Below are positions 28,913 to 37,904 of a stretch of 64,000 nucleotides of DNA, piece after piece. The notes beneath the pieces are model-generated. The model did not search any database. It saw only the letters and a program-made list of their open reading frames with translations, and was not told the DNA's origin. Position 1 is the stretch's first letter. Every line of letters begins with the position of its first letter. Position numbers and translations under genes: made by a program. Source of the stretch: Clostridiales bacterium (lineage in GTDB: Bacteria; Bacillota; Clostridia; Saccharofermentanales; DTU023); NCBI GenBank assembly GCA_028724525.1, contig JAQYCV010000019.1, forward strand, positions 36,806 through 100,805. Direction: 5' to 3'.

Positions 28913-31561
28913 CTACTTACTGTAGGGCTTATTTTTTTCTTTAAGATCTTTGAGAATTTGCTTTTGTTCTTGCTGGAGTAGCTTAGTCCGGGCTGCATGA
29001 GCTTCGATCGTTTCTTGATTTTGCTTCTTGAGCTGGGCAAAGGCTTCGCGCTCTTCGCCTTGCTTAGTCTTAATCGCCTGTCTATTATCGTTTAGAAGAG
29101 TCTTACGAGCTTTCTTGCCTTCCTCCAGCTGGGACCTGAAATCTTTCTTCATCAGCTTCAATTGCCTGCGGAAAGCCTTACGCTCGGCTTTATCTTCTTC
29201 CTTGTTGCGTTTATAAGCTAACTTGAGCGCCTGGTCCAACTTCTGCGATTGGGCTTGCAGGTCGGGGGGCAAATCGTCCCAAACAGGTAAGCGATTATTG
29301 AACTCTTTAAGGTCCAGATACAAACCCTTGCTAAGGGCGTTGGCCTCGGCCTGGAAGTTTTCCATATGCTTCTGGCTCTCTTGAGAGGCACTTTGCCGCA
29401 AGTCCAGGAGCTTGCGGTTATATTGGTCATGCAGAGCTTGTAGGTCTGCTTGGTATTTTTGCTGGAGGTCCAGACGCTGTTTCTCTTCCTCCAAACGGAG
29501 CAAGTCTTCTTGCTGGCCCTGCTTCATATGGAGCATAATTTTTTCCTGGTCACATGTCCGTTCCAAAGTCTTCAAGCGCCGATCATAGGTAGAAAGGCAA
29601 GATAGCTTTTCCTGCATGAGTTCCATGGGTCCTAAGCCATCTAGCTTGCGTGGCGGAGCTTCGGCACAGGCAGAATGTTGCTTCTCCTCTTCCGTTTCTT
29701 CTAAGGGTGGGTGCCCCTCTGCTAGTTTATTTTCTAAGTCATCGAGGTTCACCCCAATTAGATCACGCCAACCCAATTGCTCACGCTTGATTAAATCTTG
29801 CAAGCGCTGAGTTTCGACATTCCTTTTTACCTTAAGGGTGGTCGTTTTAATCATATCCTGGAAGCTATAAACATAAGACCGAATTCCCTTAAAGCTGGGG
29901 ACCAAACGGTTGATTTCTTGGATATAACTCTCCAGGGTTGCCTGGATTTCTGCTGGTCCCTTGCCCTCTTTGGCCATACTCTCCTTGTCCAGGACCAACT
30001 TGGCCGTAAGAACAATATCACCGTTACCATCTTCCTGGCCAAAGACCAGAGAATCCTTAACATATTCTTGGTTGTTGAGTAGGCTCTCCAACTCCTCCGG
30101 GAAGACCTTTTTTCCGGAGGGTAGAACGATCATGGATTTGGTACGGCCAGTGAGATAGAGGACTTGTTTTTTGGGATCAATATAACCAATATCGCCCGTA
30201 TGAAACCAGCCATCTTCAGCTAAAACTTCCTTGCTAGCTTCGGGGTCTTGGAAGTAACCCAGCATGACCATATCCCCTTTCACGAGGATTTCACCTGGCT
30301 CATCCGCTTGATCCGAATCGATCGCCAGAGTGACCCCTGACAAGGGCTGGCCACAAGACCCTCGAACATTATATTGCGTATTACAACCCGCTACGACCGG
30401 AGCCGTTTCTGTCAGACCATAGCCCTGGAGGATTTCAATACCGATATCATAAAAGAAATCGATTACTTCTTTGCTAAGAGCGGCTGCCCCAGAAATAGCA
30501 ATATAAAAATCACCGCCGAGTTCTTCCAAAATAGAAGAGAAAATTTGCCGTCTCCGGTCAAGGCCAAAGAAGCGGAGGATTCGCGAGAGAAATAGGCCGA
30601 ACTTAAATTTACACATTTGGCCAGACCGTTCAATATTGCTGAGGATCCGCTTGTGGATAGCCTCAAAGACCTTGGGAACACCAATGACCATGTGGACATG
30701 GTATTCCTGGATATTCTTACCGATATAGCGCAGGCCATCACAAACATGGATGCAACCCCCCAGGCTAAGAACCGAAAGAAAGCCACAAGTATTCTCAAAG
30801 GTATGGTGGAGGGGCAGGAGGGAGAGAGAGCGCAGAGGGTCTTCAAACTTAACTGTTTCTAAAAGAGCCCGGATATCCGCTGTAATATTGGCATGAGACA
30901 GCATAACTGCCTTAGAGACAGCAGTAGTCCCAGAGGTAAAGAGCAGGACCAGCAGCTCATCATCTGCCAGCGGATAATCGGGGCTGGGGCCGGCTTGAGC
31001 CAGTTTGCTTGTCCCCTCTTTCAGTAAATCCTGGAGCTCTTGGATCTGGCTTTTTTGATCTTGCAAGAGATCTGTGAGTTCCTGCAAAAGGTCCTGGTCT
31101 TTATCAGTGTTTATATTATGGACAATCCATTGTTCCACCAGAGGGCAATCTGCTACAAAGGGCAGGAGGGACTTCAGTGCAGGTGGATCTAGGACTACAG
31201 CCTTGACCTCGGCTCTTTGAATGAGTTGAGCCAGCTCTACACCAGTTAGCATAGCATCAAGAGGGCAGGCCACCCCTAGGTCCCAGCAAATCGTAAGATA
31301 GGACAGCATCCATGTGAAAGAGTTAGCGCCTACGAGAGCAATCTTCTCCCCTCCCAAGCCCAGGCCTAGGAAAGCTTCTTTGAGGGCCTGACACTGGTCA
31401 TAGAGCTGGCGGTAGTTTACAGTTACCGGATCCGCCTTCACCGTGGGCCGATAGACAATGGCCGGCCGGTCTCCATAGATGGTTTTTCCCCGCTCTAGAA
31501 TATCGCCAAGGCGGTGGACAGGCGGGGCATCAAAATATTTTTTACCAGTAAGTATTTTCAT
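28913..31561 (-). CDS. Long-chain fatty acid-CoA ligase (AMP-binding) with long C-terminal coiled-coil extension
   Basis: FTSGTT..SK, LPLHH, QGYGLTET, GWFHTGD.G, GRTK, GKKVFPEE, KTTTLKVKR; further ~290 aa charged helical tail. Confidence 0.88.
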   Translation of the reverse strand: MKILTGKKYFDAPPVHRLGDILERGKTIYGDRPAIVYRPTVKADPVTVNYRQLYDQCQALKEAFLGLGLGGEKIALVGANSFTWMLSYLTICWDLGVACPLDAMLTGVELAQLIQRAEVKAVVLDPPALKSLLPFVADCPLVEQWIVHNINTDKDQDLLQELTDLLQDQKSQIQELQDLLKEGTSKLAQAGPSPDYPLADDELLVLLFTSGTTAVSKAVMLSHANITADIRALLETVKFEDPLRSLSLLPLHHTFENTCGFLSVLSLGGCIHVCDGLRYIGKNIQEYHVHMVIGVPKVFEAIHKRILSNIERSGQMCKFKFGLFLSRILRFFGLDRRRQIFSSILEELGGDFYIAISGAAALSKEVIDFFYDIGIEILQGYGLTETAPVVAGCNTQYNVRGSCGQPLSGVTLAIDSDQADEPGEILVKGDMVMLGYFQDPEASKEVLAEDGWFHTGDIGYIDPKKQVLYLTGRTKSMIVLPSGKKVFPEELESLLNNQEYVKDSLVFGQEDGNGDIVLTAKLVLDKESMAKEGKGPAEIQATLESYIQEINRLVPSFKGIRSYVYSFQDMIKTTTLKVKRNVETQRLQDLIKREQLGWRDLIGVNLDDLENKLAEGHPPLEETEEEKQHSACAEAPPRKLDGLGPMELMQEKLSCLSTYDRRLKTLERTCDQEKIMLHMKQGQQEDLLRLEEEKQRLDLQQKYQADLQALHDQYNRKLLDLRQSASQESQKHMENFQAEANALSKGLYLDLKEFNNRLPVWDDLPPDLQAQSQKLDQALKLAYKRNKEEDKAERKAFRRQLKLMKKDFRSQLEEGKKARKTLLNDNRQAIKTKQGEEREAFAQLKKQNQETIEAHAARTKLLQQEQKQILKDLKEKNKPYSK

Positions 31562-31612
31562 AGATCTATTTCCTTTATCAATGAGCTAGCGTTAGGTATT
31601 TCTTGAGGCGTG

Positions 31613-32923
31613 CTAGGCCAAGCCCAAACGCGAGATAACGGGGCGAGGTGCAAGGAAAGAAACCAAGATATCCTCATCCCCATATTCTAGCTGATTTATC
31701 CAGGTCTGTTGGCGGAGAAGGGCAAGTTTGGCAGAATCCGAGTAAGGAATACACCAGCTGACCTGCTCCCAGTCTTGACTAACCATGGAAAGGATAGCCT
31801 GGCGGAGATTGTCGAGACCCTGGCCTGTCCTAACTGAGACCCAGCATTCATGAATTTTATCGTCTCGTGATCTGGGCAGAAAATCCACTGCGGCCAGCTG
31901 GTCAGGGGCCAGAAGATCGACCTTATTCAGAACATGGAGACGGGGCTTATGCCCAGCATCTAAAGAGAACAGCAAGTCATCCACCATCTGCCAATGTTCA
32001 GCAGCCTCCGGGTCAGAGATATCTGTAACCTGCAGTATAAAGTCGGCAGTGCGAACTTCGTCCAAAGTAGACTTAAAGGCTTCTACCAATTGATGGGGTA
32101 AACGTCGGATAAAGCCTACCGTATCGGTCAGCAGGAGTTCAGGCCCTTCCTGGGGCAGGCGGCGGACCAAGGGGTCTAAAGTTGCAAATACTTGGTCGTA
32201 GGCTTCGAGGTCTGAAGCGCAGAGGGCATTAATCAAGCTAGACTTGCCAGCGTTGGTATAGCCACATACGGCAATCGTATAAGCCTCACGCCCCTCCCTC
32301 TGGTCCCGAATAAACTGGCGGCGTTTGGCCACTTGCTGGAGCTTGCGCTTAAGCTTGGTAATCCGATTTTGGATATAGCGTCTGTCACTTTCCAGCTTAC
32401 TCTCTCCCGGTCCCCTGGTGCCAATGCCGCCCCCGAGACGGGAGAGGGCTTGGCCAGAACCGGAAAGGCGAGAAAGCCGGTCTTGCAATTGGGCAATTTC
32501 CACTTGCAAAACCCCCTCGCTCGTCTTGGCCCGGCGGGCAAAGATATCTAAGATCAAGAGGGTCCGATCAAGAACTTTAAGTTCTGAAAGTTCAGAGATT
32601 GCGGTCATTTGGCTTCCTGTGAGTTCGCCATCAAATATAAGGCAAGTTGCCTCCAGTTGGTGAGCCATGTCTGCTAATTCAAAGATCTTGCCTTTGCCAG
32701 CAGCTGTAGCGGGATCCATACTGGCCCGCCTTTGTAAACTCTTGCCCGCCACTTCAAGCCCACAGGCCTGGCAAAGTTCCTCTAGCTCCCGCATGGAGGC
32801 TTCCGCGATCCGATCTTCATCTTCTGGCAAAATCAGACCTAGCAAAATCGCGCGGTCAAGTTGAATGTCATGAACAGGGTGAATATTATTTCTCCTTATG
32901 TCTGCCAAGTCACTGGAGCTCAA
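31613..32923 (-). CDS. hflX: Ribosome-splitting GTPase HflX (start approximate)
   Basis: GGGIGTRGPGE, GYTNAGKS, FATLD, DTVGF, NKVD. Confidence 0.95.
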   Translation of the reverse strand: MSSSDLADIRRNNIHPVHDIQLDRAILLGLILPEDEDRIAEASMRELEELCQACGLEVAGKSLQRRASMDPATAAGKGKIFELADMAHQLEATCLIFDGELTGSQMTAISELSELKVLDRTLLILDIFARRAKTSEGVLQVEIAQLQDRLSRLSGSGQALSRLGGGIGTRGPGESKLESDRRYIQNRITKLKRKLQQVAKRRQFIRDQREGREAYTIAVCGYTNAGKSSLINALCASDLEAYDQVFATLDPLVRRLPQEGPELLLTDTVGFIRRLPHQLVEAFKSTLDEVRTADFILQVTDISDPEAAEHWQMVDDLLFSLDAGHKPRLHVLNKVDLLAPDQLAAVDFLPRSRDDKIHECWVSVRTGQGLDNLRQAILSMVSQDWEQVSWCIPYSDSAKLALLRQQTWINQLEYGDEDILVSFLAPRPVISRLGLA

Positions 32924-33023
32924 GTTTTCTAAATCTCAGTCACTCAGTCATAGGCTTTATTGATAACGCTATTATTATAACCTCTAATGGCTGCTTACCG
33001 CAAACCCCAGAAAGCCTTACTTA

Positions 33024-33521
33024 ACTAAGCTGAAAAGCAAGTTCCACAAAAAGGGTGGCAAGCGGAATTTAGTCTTACAAGTAGCGGGTGGCCAGAGGGC
33101 TATGCTACTTTGGATTTCCAGATTCTCCGGCATTATTGCAACTAATGGATGGGTCCCCTAGGCAAATTTGCAAGAAGTGGATGGTAATGATGGCAAATCT
33201 GCAGCTAATGGGTGGTTTGACCGCTGGAACCCACCCATTACTTGCAAATTTGTCTGAAATCCAAGAAATCCGGACCGCTACAGATAAATCTCTCATAAAG
33301 TGGGGTTTAGTCTACTAAGCACAAAAAAGACAATTATACGCAGAGATTTAACGTGCGCTTTTTTCTGGTCGCCTTATGTAACTTATAGCCTATCCAGAAA
33401 GAATTAGTTGAAAGTTTTAGGCGAAAAAATTACCACAAACCTTGCCCAAGGCTTCTTGCAAGACTTACAGCAAATTTTCCTTTTTTAGCTTTTGCTGTGG
33501 AATTTACTTTTTCACTTTAGC
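33024..33521. mobile_element. Degenerate miniature element bounded by imperfect ~26-bp inverted ends, containing repeat copy B
   Basis: 33024-33048 ACTAAGCTGAAAAGCAAGTTCCACA vs reverse complement of 33496-33521 GCTAAAGTGAAAAAGTAAATTCCACA; the same end motif occurs at 34487-34512; no TSD seen. Confidence 0.55.
33086..33272 (-). repeat. Dispersed ~190 bp repeat, copy B (inverted)
   Basis: Reverse complement of 34276-34462; about 17 mismatches in 187 bp by manual count. Confidence 0.93.
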
Positions 33522-33652
33522 TTCTCTTGCCTAGTACATATATGTGGCAGACATGAAAATTTGCAAAGGCAGAATTTTCAGGCATGCTAGGCTGTGCATA
33601 TTCTTCAAATTTTGCTGGGACTGACACTCCGGCACAGAAAGAGGGGTTTATT

Positions 33653-34060
33653 GTGGATGCGACGGATATTGAGACTATTGACCTCATCAAGGATATCAGA
33701 CAAGAAACAGCATGCTGGGTAAAGCTGACTCAGGCAGAACCTAGCATCTATGATGACGTGCAATTACTTTTAGGGCATGAGATGCGCAAGCGGCGCAAAC
33801 AAGCAGGCCTCACCCAAATTCAACTCTCCAGTCAAATATTTTACTCGGCCAGCACCATATCCAACATCGAGCATGGTTATATATTCCCCAACATGTTAGC
33901 TTTTAATAACATGTGTCTGTATTTTAAACTGATGGCCGGAAGTCTCATTTACTTGAGCGAGCTCTATTGCCTCTACAAACACCAATACCAAGTTAAGAAC
34001 AATGGAGAGCAGGGAGATTTCCCTGGAGGCAAGGCGAAAAGCCCCATCAATCTCAACTAA
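33653..34060 (+). CDS. XRE-family helix-turn-helix protein
   Basis: LGHEMRKRRKQAGLTQ.QLS......STISNIEHG...P; GTG start after AGAGGGG. Confidence 0.8.
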   Translation: MDATDIETIDLIKDIRQETACWVKLTQAEPSIYDDVQLLLGHEMRKRRKQAGLTQIQLSSQIFYSASTISNIEHGYIFPNMLAFNNMCLYFKLMAGSLIYLSELYCLYKHQYQVKNNGEQGDFPGGKAKSPINLN

Positions 34061-34079
34061 ACCGCTGGCCAGGATCAAA

Positions 34080-34512
34080 GCTAAAGTAGAAAAATTGGTG
34101 TAAAGTTCAGGATGCAAGAACTCGAGGAGCTCGATGGGAGATTTACCACCGAGCTTTTCTCTGGGTGTTGAATTCATTTATCCTAGATGGAGGACAGATT
34201 TAAACAGGTTTTAGTGGTATGGCTGAATTTGAAGCATTCTAGCTATTCTATCGACCGCTTTTTTATCCATTACTTCGGATTTCTTGGATTTCAGACATAT
34301 TTGCAAGTAATGGATGAGTCCCTGCAGCCAAAGCGTCCATTAGCTGCAGATTTGCCCTCATTACCATCCACATCTTGCAAATTTGCCTAGGGGGCCCACC
34401 CATTAGTTGCAATAATGCCGGAGAATCTGGAAATCCAAAGCAACATAGCCCTTTGGCCACCCATCCCGTACCTTCACTCCCTTTGATGTGGAACTTACTT
34501 TTTCACTTTAGC
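34080..34512 (-). mobile_element. Miniature internally deleted IS30-like element (MITE), 433 bp
   Basis: Ends GCTAAAGT(A)GAAAAA / TTTTTCACTTTAGC; flanking direct repeat CCAGGATCAAA at 34069-34079 and 34513-34523; minus-strand peptide MNSTPREKLGGKSPIEL resembles IS30 transposase C-terminus. Confidence 0.75.
34269..34462 (+). repeat. Dispersed ~190 bp repeat, copy C (inside the MITE)
   Basis: Direct match to copy A, inverted match to copy B; motifs at 34336, 34367, 34399. Confidence 0.93.
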
Positions 34513-34623
34513 CCAGGATCAAAGCCTGGTAAGTCAAAAAGTTAGAGGCAAGAACATGCTAAAATAGGAAGTCCAAGTAGGATCAAGTAGGATAATGAGA
34601 TACTACTTAAGAGCGGAGTTAAC

Positions 34624-36111
34624 ATGACCACACATATTGCCAATAAACTTTTTTCCGATTTTCCCATAAGCCCTCAAATAGTCAAGGCTTTAGCCGAGGA
34701 AGGTATCAGCCAATGTACCAGCGTCCAAGCTTTGGCCATCGGGCCTATGCTGCAAGGACGAGATGTCATTGCTGAAGCCCCTACTGGCACTGGCAAAACC
34801 TATGCATTTGGGATTCCGATTATTGAACATATTGAACCGGATCTGGAGGCAATCCAAGGCCTGGTCCTCGCCCCTACCCGCGAACTCGCCCAACAAATCA
34901 AAGTAGAATTTGACCTCCTAGCCAGCCACTTGCCCCAAATCCAGAGCCTCGCCGTATACGGCGGTGAAGATATGCGCAAGCAAATCAAGAGGCTAAAAAA
35001 ACATGAGGTCAATATCATCATCGCTACACCCGGCCGGCTGATCGACCATATGAAGCGAGGAAATGTAGACCTCAGCCAATTGAAGTATTTAGTTCTTGAC
35101 GAGGCTGACCGCATGCTAGATATGGGCTTTATTGATGACGTTCGTTACATTATGAAAGCCTGTAATACCTCCGCAGTCAAGGGCCTTTTCACTGCAACCC
35201 TATCGCGGGAAGTCCTGGATATCTCCTGGGTCTATCAGAAACACCCCCTGGAAGTCAAAGTGGAAGCCCAGGCAGAAGACAAACCAGATATTCATCAATA
35301 TTACACAGTCGCCAATGGCTCTGAACGGATTAGCGCTATTGAAGATATCATGCAAGACTTTAAAGCAGATAAGGCTCTGGTCTTTGTTAACATGAAGCAA
35401 TCCGCAGACATTGCTGCCCGCAAACTATCCCAGGAAGGCTTTAGCGCGTCTGCCCTGCAAGGCGATATGCCCCAGTCCAGTCGCAACCGCGTTATGAAGG
35501 ACTTTAGGGATGGCAAAACCAGCATTTTAGTTGGTACAGATGTGGCAGCCCGGGGCCTGGATGTAGACGATGTAGACATAGTTTTTAATTATGACTTGCC
35601 CCTAGAAACCGAAAACTACACCCACCGCATTGGTCGAACAGGCCGGGCTGGAAAAACTGGCCTAGCCTTCTCTTTTGTGGCGCCTGGAGAAATGGAGTCC
35701 TTTGAGAAATTCTGCCGTCAATTGCGTATTGCCCCGAAGCCCTATGCCTGGGAGCGGCCAGTCGTAGCAGAAGACCTCTTCATTTCCGAAGATAAAGAGG
35801 CAGAGGTCATTGCTCGCATCCGGTCCCAGTCCAGCTACTTGCAAAACTCCAGCCTGGAGGACCGGTATGATCCTCTTCAAAGCCTGGTCAAGCCCTCTTA
35901 TGGCTCAAGGTCTGGCCGGTCTAAAGGGCGGGGAAAGCCCCAAGCCAGGTCCAAGTCACGGGACCGCGGCTCAGGCAAAGGCGAGCAAGCTAAAAGAAGC
36001 TCCAAAGCAAGAAGGGGCAAAAATGTAAAGAAGAGGGACCAGGCCCCTGCTTCAGCGAGTCAGAATAAAAGCCGCAGGGTCAGAGGACCAGTTAAGCACC
36101 GGGATTTTTAA
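34624..36111 (+). CDS. DEAD-box RNA helicase (CshA/DeaD-like) with basic C-terminal tail
   Basis: APTGTGKT, PTRELA, TPGRL, DEAD, TAT, TDVAARGLD, HRIGRTGRAG. Confidence 0.95.
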   Translation: MTTHIANKLFSDFPISPQIVKALAEEGISQCTSVQALAIGPMLQGRDVIAEAPTGTGKTYAFGIPIIEHIEPDLEAIQGLVLAPTRELAQQIKVEFDLLASHLPQIQSLAVYGGEDMRKQIKRLKKHEVNIIIATPGRLIDHMKRGNVDLSQLKYLVLDEADRMLDMGFIDDVRYIMKACNTSAVKGLFTATLSREVLDISWVYQKHPLEVKVEAQAEDKPDIHQYYTVANGSERISAIEDIMQDFKADKALVFVNMKQSADIAARKLSQEGFSASALQGDMPQSSRNRVMKDFRDGKTSILVGTDVAARGLDVDDVDIVFNYDLPLETENYTHRIGRTGRAGKTGLAFSFVAPGEMESFEKFCRQLRIAPKPYAWERPVVAEDLFISEDKEAEVIARIRSQSSYLQNSSLEDRYDPLQSLVKPSYGSRSGRSKGRGKPQARSKSRDRGSGKGEQAKRSSKARRGKNVKKRDQAPASASQNKSRRVRGPVKHRDF

Positions 36112-37784
36112 GCTTCCTGAACAGGCGTGAGGCCAAGGGTGCGACGCAAGGTGCTTTGCAAGTCCAAGGCCTCCCGAAATCTTAGGGCAATCCCCGCTAA
36201 ATAATAAGTAAAAATACCGGCAAAAATTTTCAGGGCATAGAGGGCCAACTGCAGGATCTTATGTGTAGGAAAGACCGGCAGGCTATTCAGGTTGTGCAGA
36301 ACTAACCAGGCAGCTGCAAGGCAGACAAAGAGCCGGATGTTAAAGGCTATTAGCCGGTAGGGCCGCATGTCATGGCGGTGGCGCTTGTAGAGGGCGAAGA
36401 CCACCAAGGCTGTCAGGCAGCTGTAAGCCGCATGGGCCATACCAATACCAGCCAGGCCCCTCCCTCCTACTCCCACAAAAAGATAGAGGAAAAGGGGATT
36501 TAAGGCCAGGGAAAGCAGACCTACAAAAAGGGCAATGCCAGTTACCTTGCGGGCATAAAAGGCTTGATTGGTGATAAAAATCACAGTTTGGGCCAGCATA
36601 CTGAGGCAAAACCAGGATAAGGCCGAGGCCGTCTGTTGAACTTCCAGATTGGAGTAGGAAGCAGGATTCCACTGGAAGATAGCTTGAATCGTCTCAAAAT
36701 TCATGACCATAAAACTCAGGGCGAAGGGGGCAACAAAGTAGAGGGCCCGTCTGAGGCTTGCAGTATACATACCCCGCACCTTTTTTGCATCCCCCAACTC
36801 ATAGAAGCCTGAGATATTAGGTAGCATAACGTTACCGATCGCCACAGCGAAAATCGCATAAGGCAGGCCCCAGGTCGTCGTACATTGACGGATGGCCGTA
36901 ACGGCGCCTGGCAGGTTCAAGCCATTGGCATAGCGGTTCATAATCACGCTGGACAATTGGAGGACAGAGCCGGAGAGAATCGTAGGAATGGCCAAGCGGA
37001 CCAAGCGTCGGAAACCAGGCTCCTGGAAGTCTAGGCTAAAGGCAAAATAAGCCAATTCCCGTCTGGCACAAAAGGCCTGGTAGAGGAAATAGCAGAAGGC
37101 CGAGAGAACAACTCCCCAGGCGACTTTTCGTAAGCCCTCCTCATCAGGTGCCCCCCAAAAGATCAAGGCCAGGATATAAAAAACATTGTAAAGGACAGGG
37201 CCAAGAGCCAAGGCCTGAAAGCGCTTATAGGCAGAAAGAGAACTGTGAAGGAGAGAAACCAAAATAAGGAGGAAAGACTGAATCAGTAAAATACGGGTTA
37301 AGGGAGCAGCCATCTGGGCCATCTGCTTAAGTTCAGCCGAGGCATCTGCAGCATAAGCACCCGTAATCAAATGAATGAGAGGATAGGCTAAAACTTCAGC
37401 CAGGAGCAAGACGGCAGCAGTCAGCAAAATACTGAGGCTGGCAAAAACCGAAACCGAATGCCAGGTTTCCCGCTCACGGTGCTTCTCAATGCCTGCAGAC
37501 AAAGTCGGGGTCAGCACTGCAGCAACCACACCACCGACTAAGAGTTCGTAGACTAAATCCGGAATCTGAAAAGCATTGACATAGGTGTCAGATAATAAGC
37601 CATAGCCAAATTTAGGCACAATGAGCATTTCCCGCAAAAAGCCAGTTAGCTTGGCGAGGAACATACCCACCATGGTAATCAAGGTAGCCTGGCGAATGCT
37701 GGCTCCCGAGCCTGCACGAATATTATGCCGACCCTGGCCAGATCTCTCCTGGTTTGCCTGACGATTATCTAAAGGAAACTGCAA
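36108..37784 (-). CDS. murJ: Lipid II flippase MurJ/MviN
   Basis: KLTGFLRE, D.YV.AFQIPD, multi-TM MOP topology. Confidence 0.9.
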   Translation of the reverse strand: MQFPLDNRQANQERSGQGRHNIRAGSGASIRQATLITMVGMFLAKLTGFLREMLIVPKFGYGLLSDTYVNAFQIPDLVYELLVGGVVAAVLTPTLSAGIEKHRERETWHSVSVFASLSILLTAAVLLLAEVLAYPLIHLITGAYAADASAELKQMAQMAAPLTRILLIQSFLLILVSLLHSSLSAYKRFQALALGPVLYNVFYILALIFWGAPDEEGLRKVAWGVVLSAFCYFLYQAFCARRELAYFAFSLDFQEPGFRRLVRLAIPTILSGSVLQLSSVIMNRYANGLNLPGAVTAIRQCTTTWGLPYAIFAVAIGNVMLPNISGFYELGDAKKVRGMYTASLRRALYFVAPFALSFMVMNFETIQAIFQWNPASYSNLEVQQTASALSWFCLSMLAQTVIFITNQAFYARKVTGIALFVGLLSLALNPLFLYLFVGVGGRGLAGIGMAHAAYSCLTALVVFALYKRHRHDMRPYRLIAFNIRLFVCLAAAWLVLHNLNSLPVFPTHKILQLALYALKIFAGIFTYYLAGIALRFREALDLQSTLRRTLGLTPVQEA

Positions 37785-37904
37785 GGCAAGCTCTCCTCAC
37801 TTTATTTAGAATCGACCCTCGCGGGCCTTCATTGCTAGTCATTTTAGCATAGGATACTCAAGAGCGGACCAGGCCGATCGCATCAAAGCTGGGGCGGTCT
37901 GGTC

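Noticed and set aside
33088-33318. Paralogous small ORFs 33088-33318 (+) and 34263-34460 (-) as a peptide family
   Set aside because: Similarity follows from the DNA repeat; no clear RBS, many substitutions are non-synonymous, and copy A yields no listed equivalent ORF
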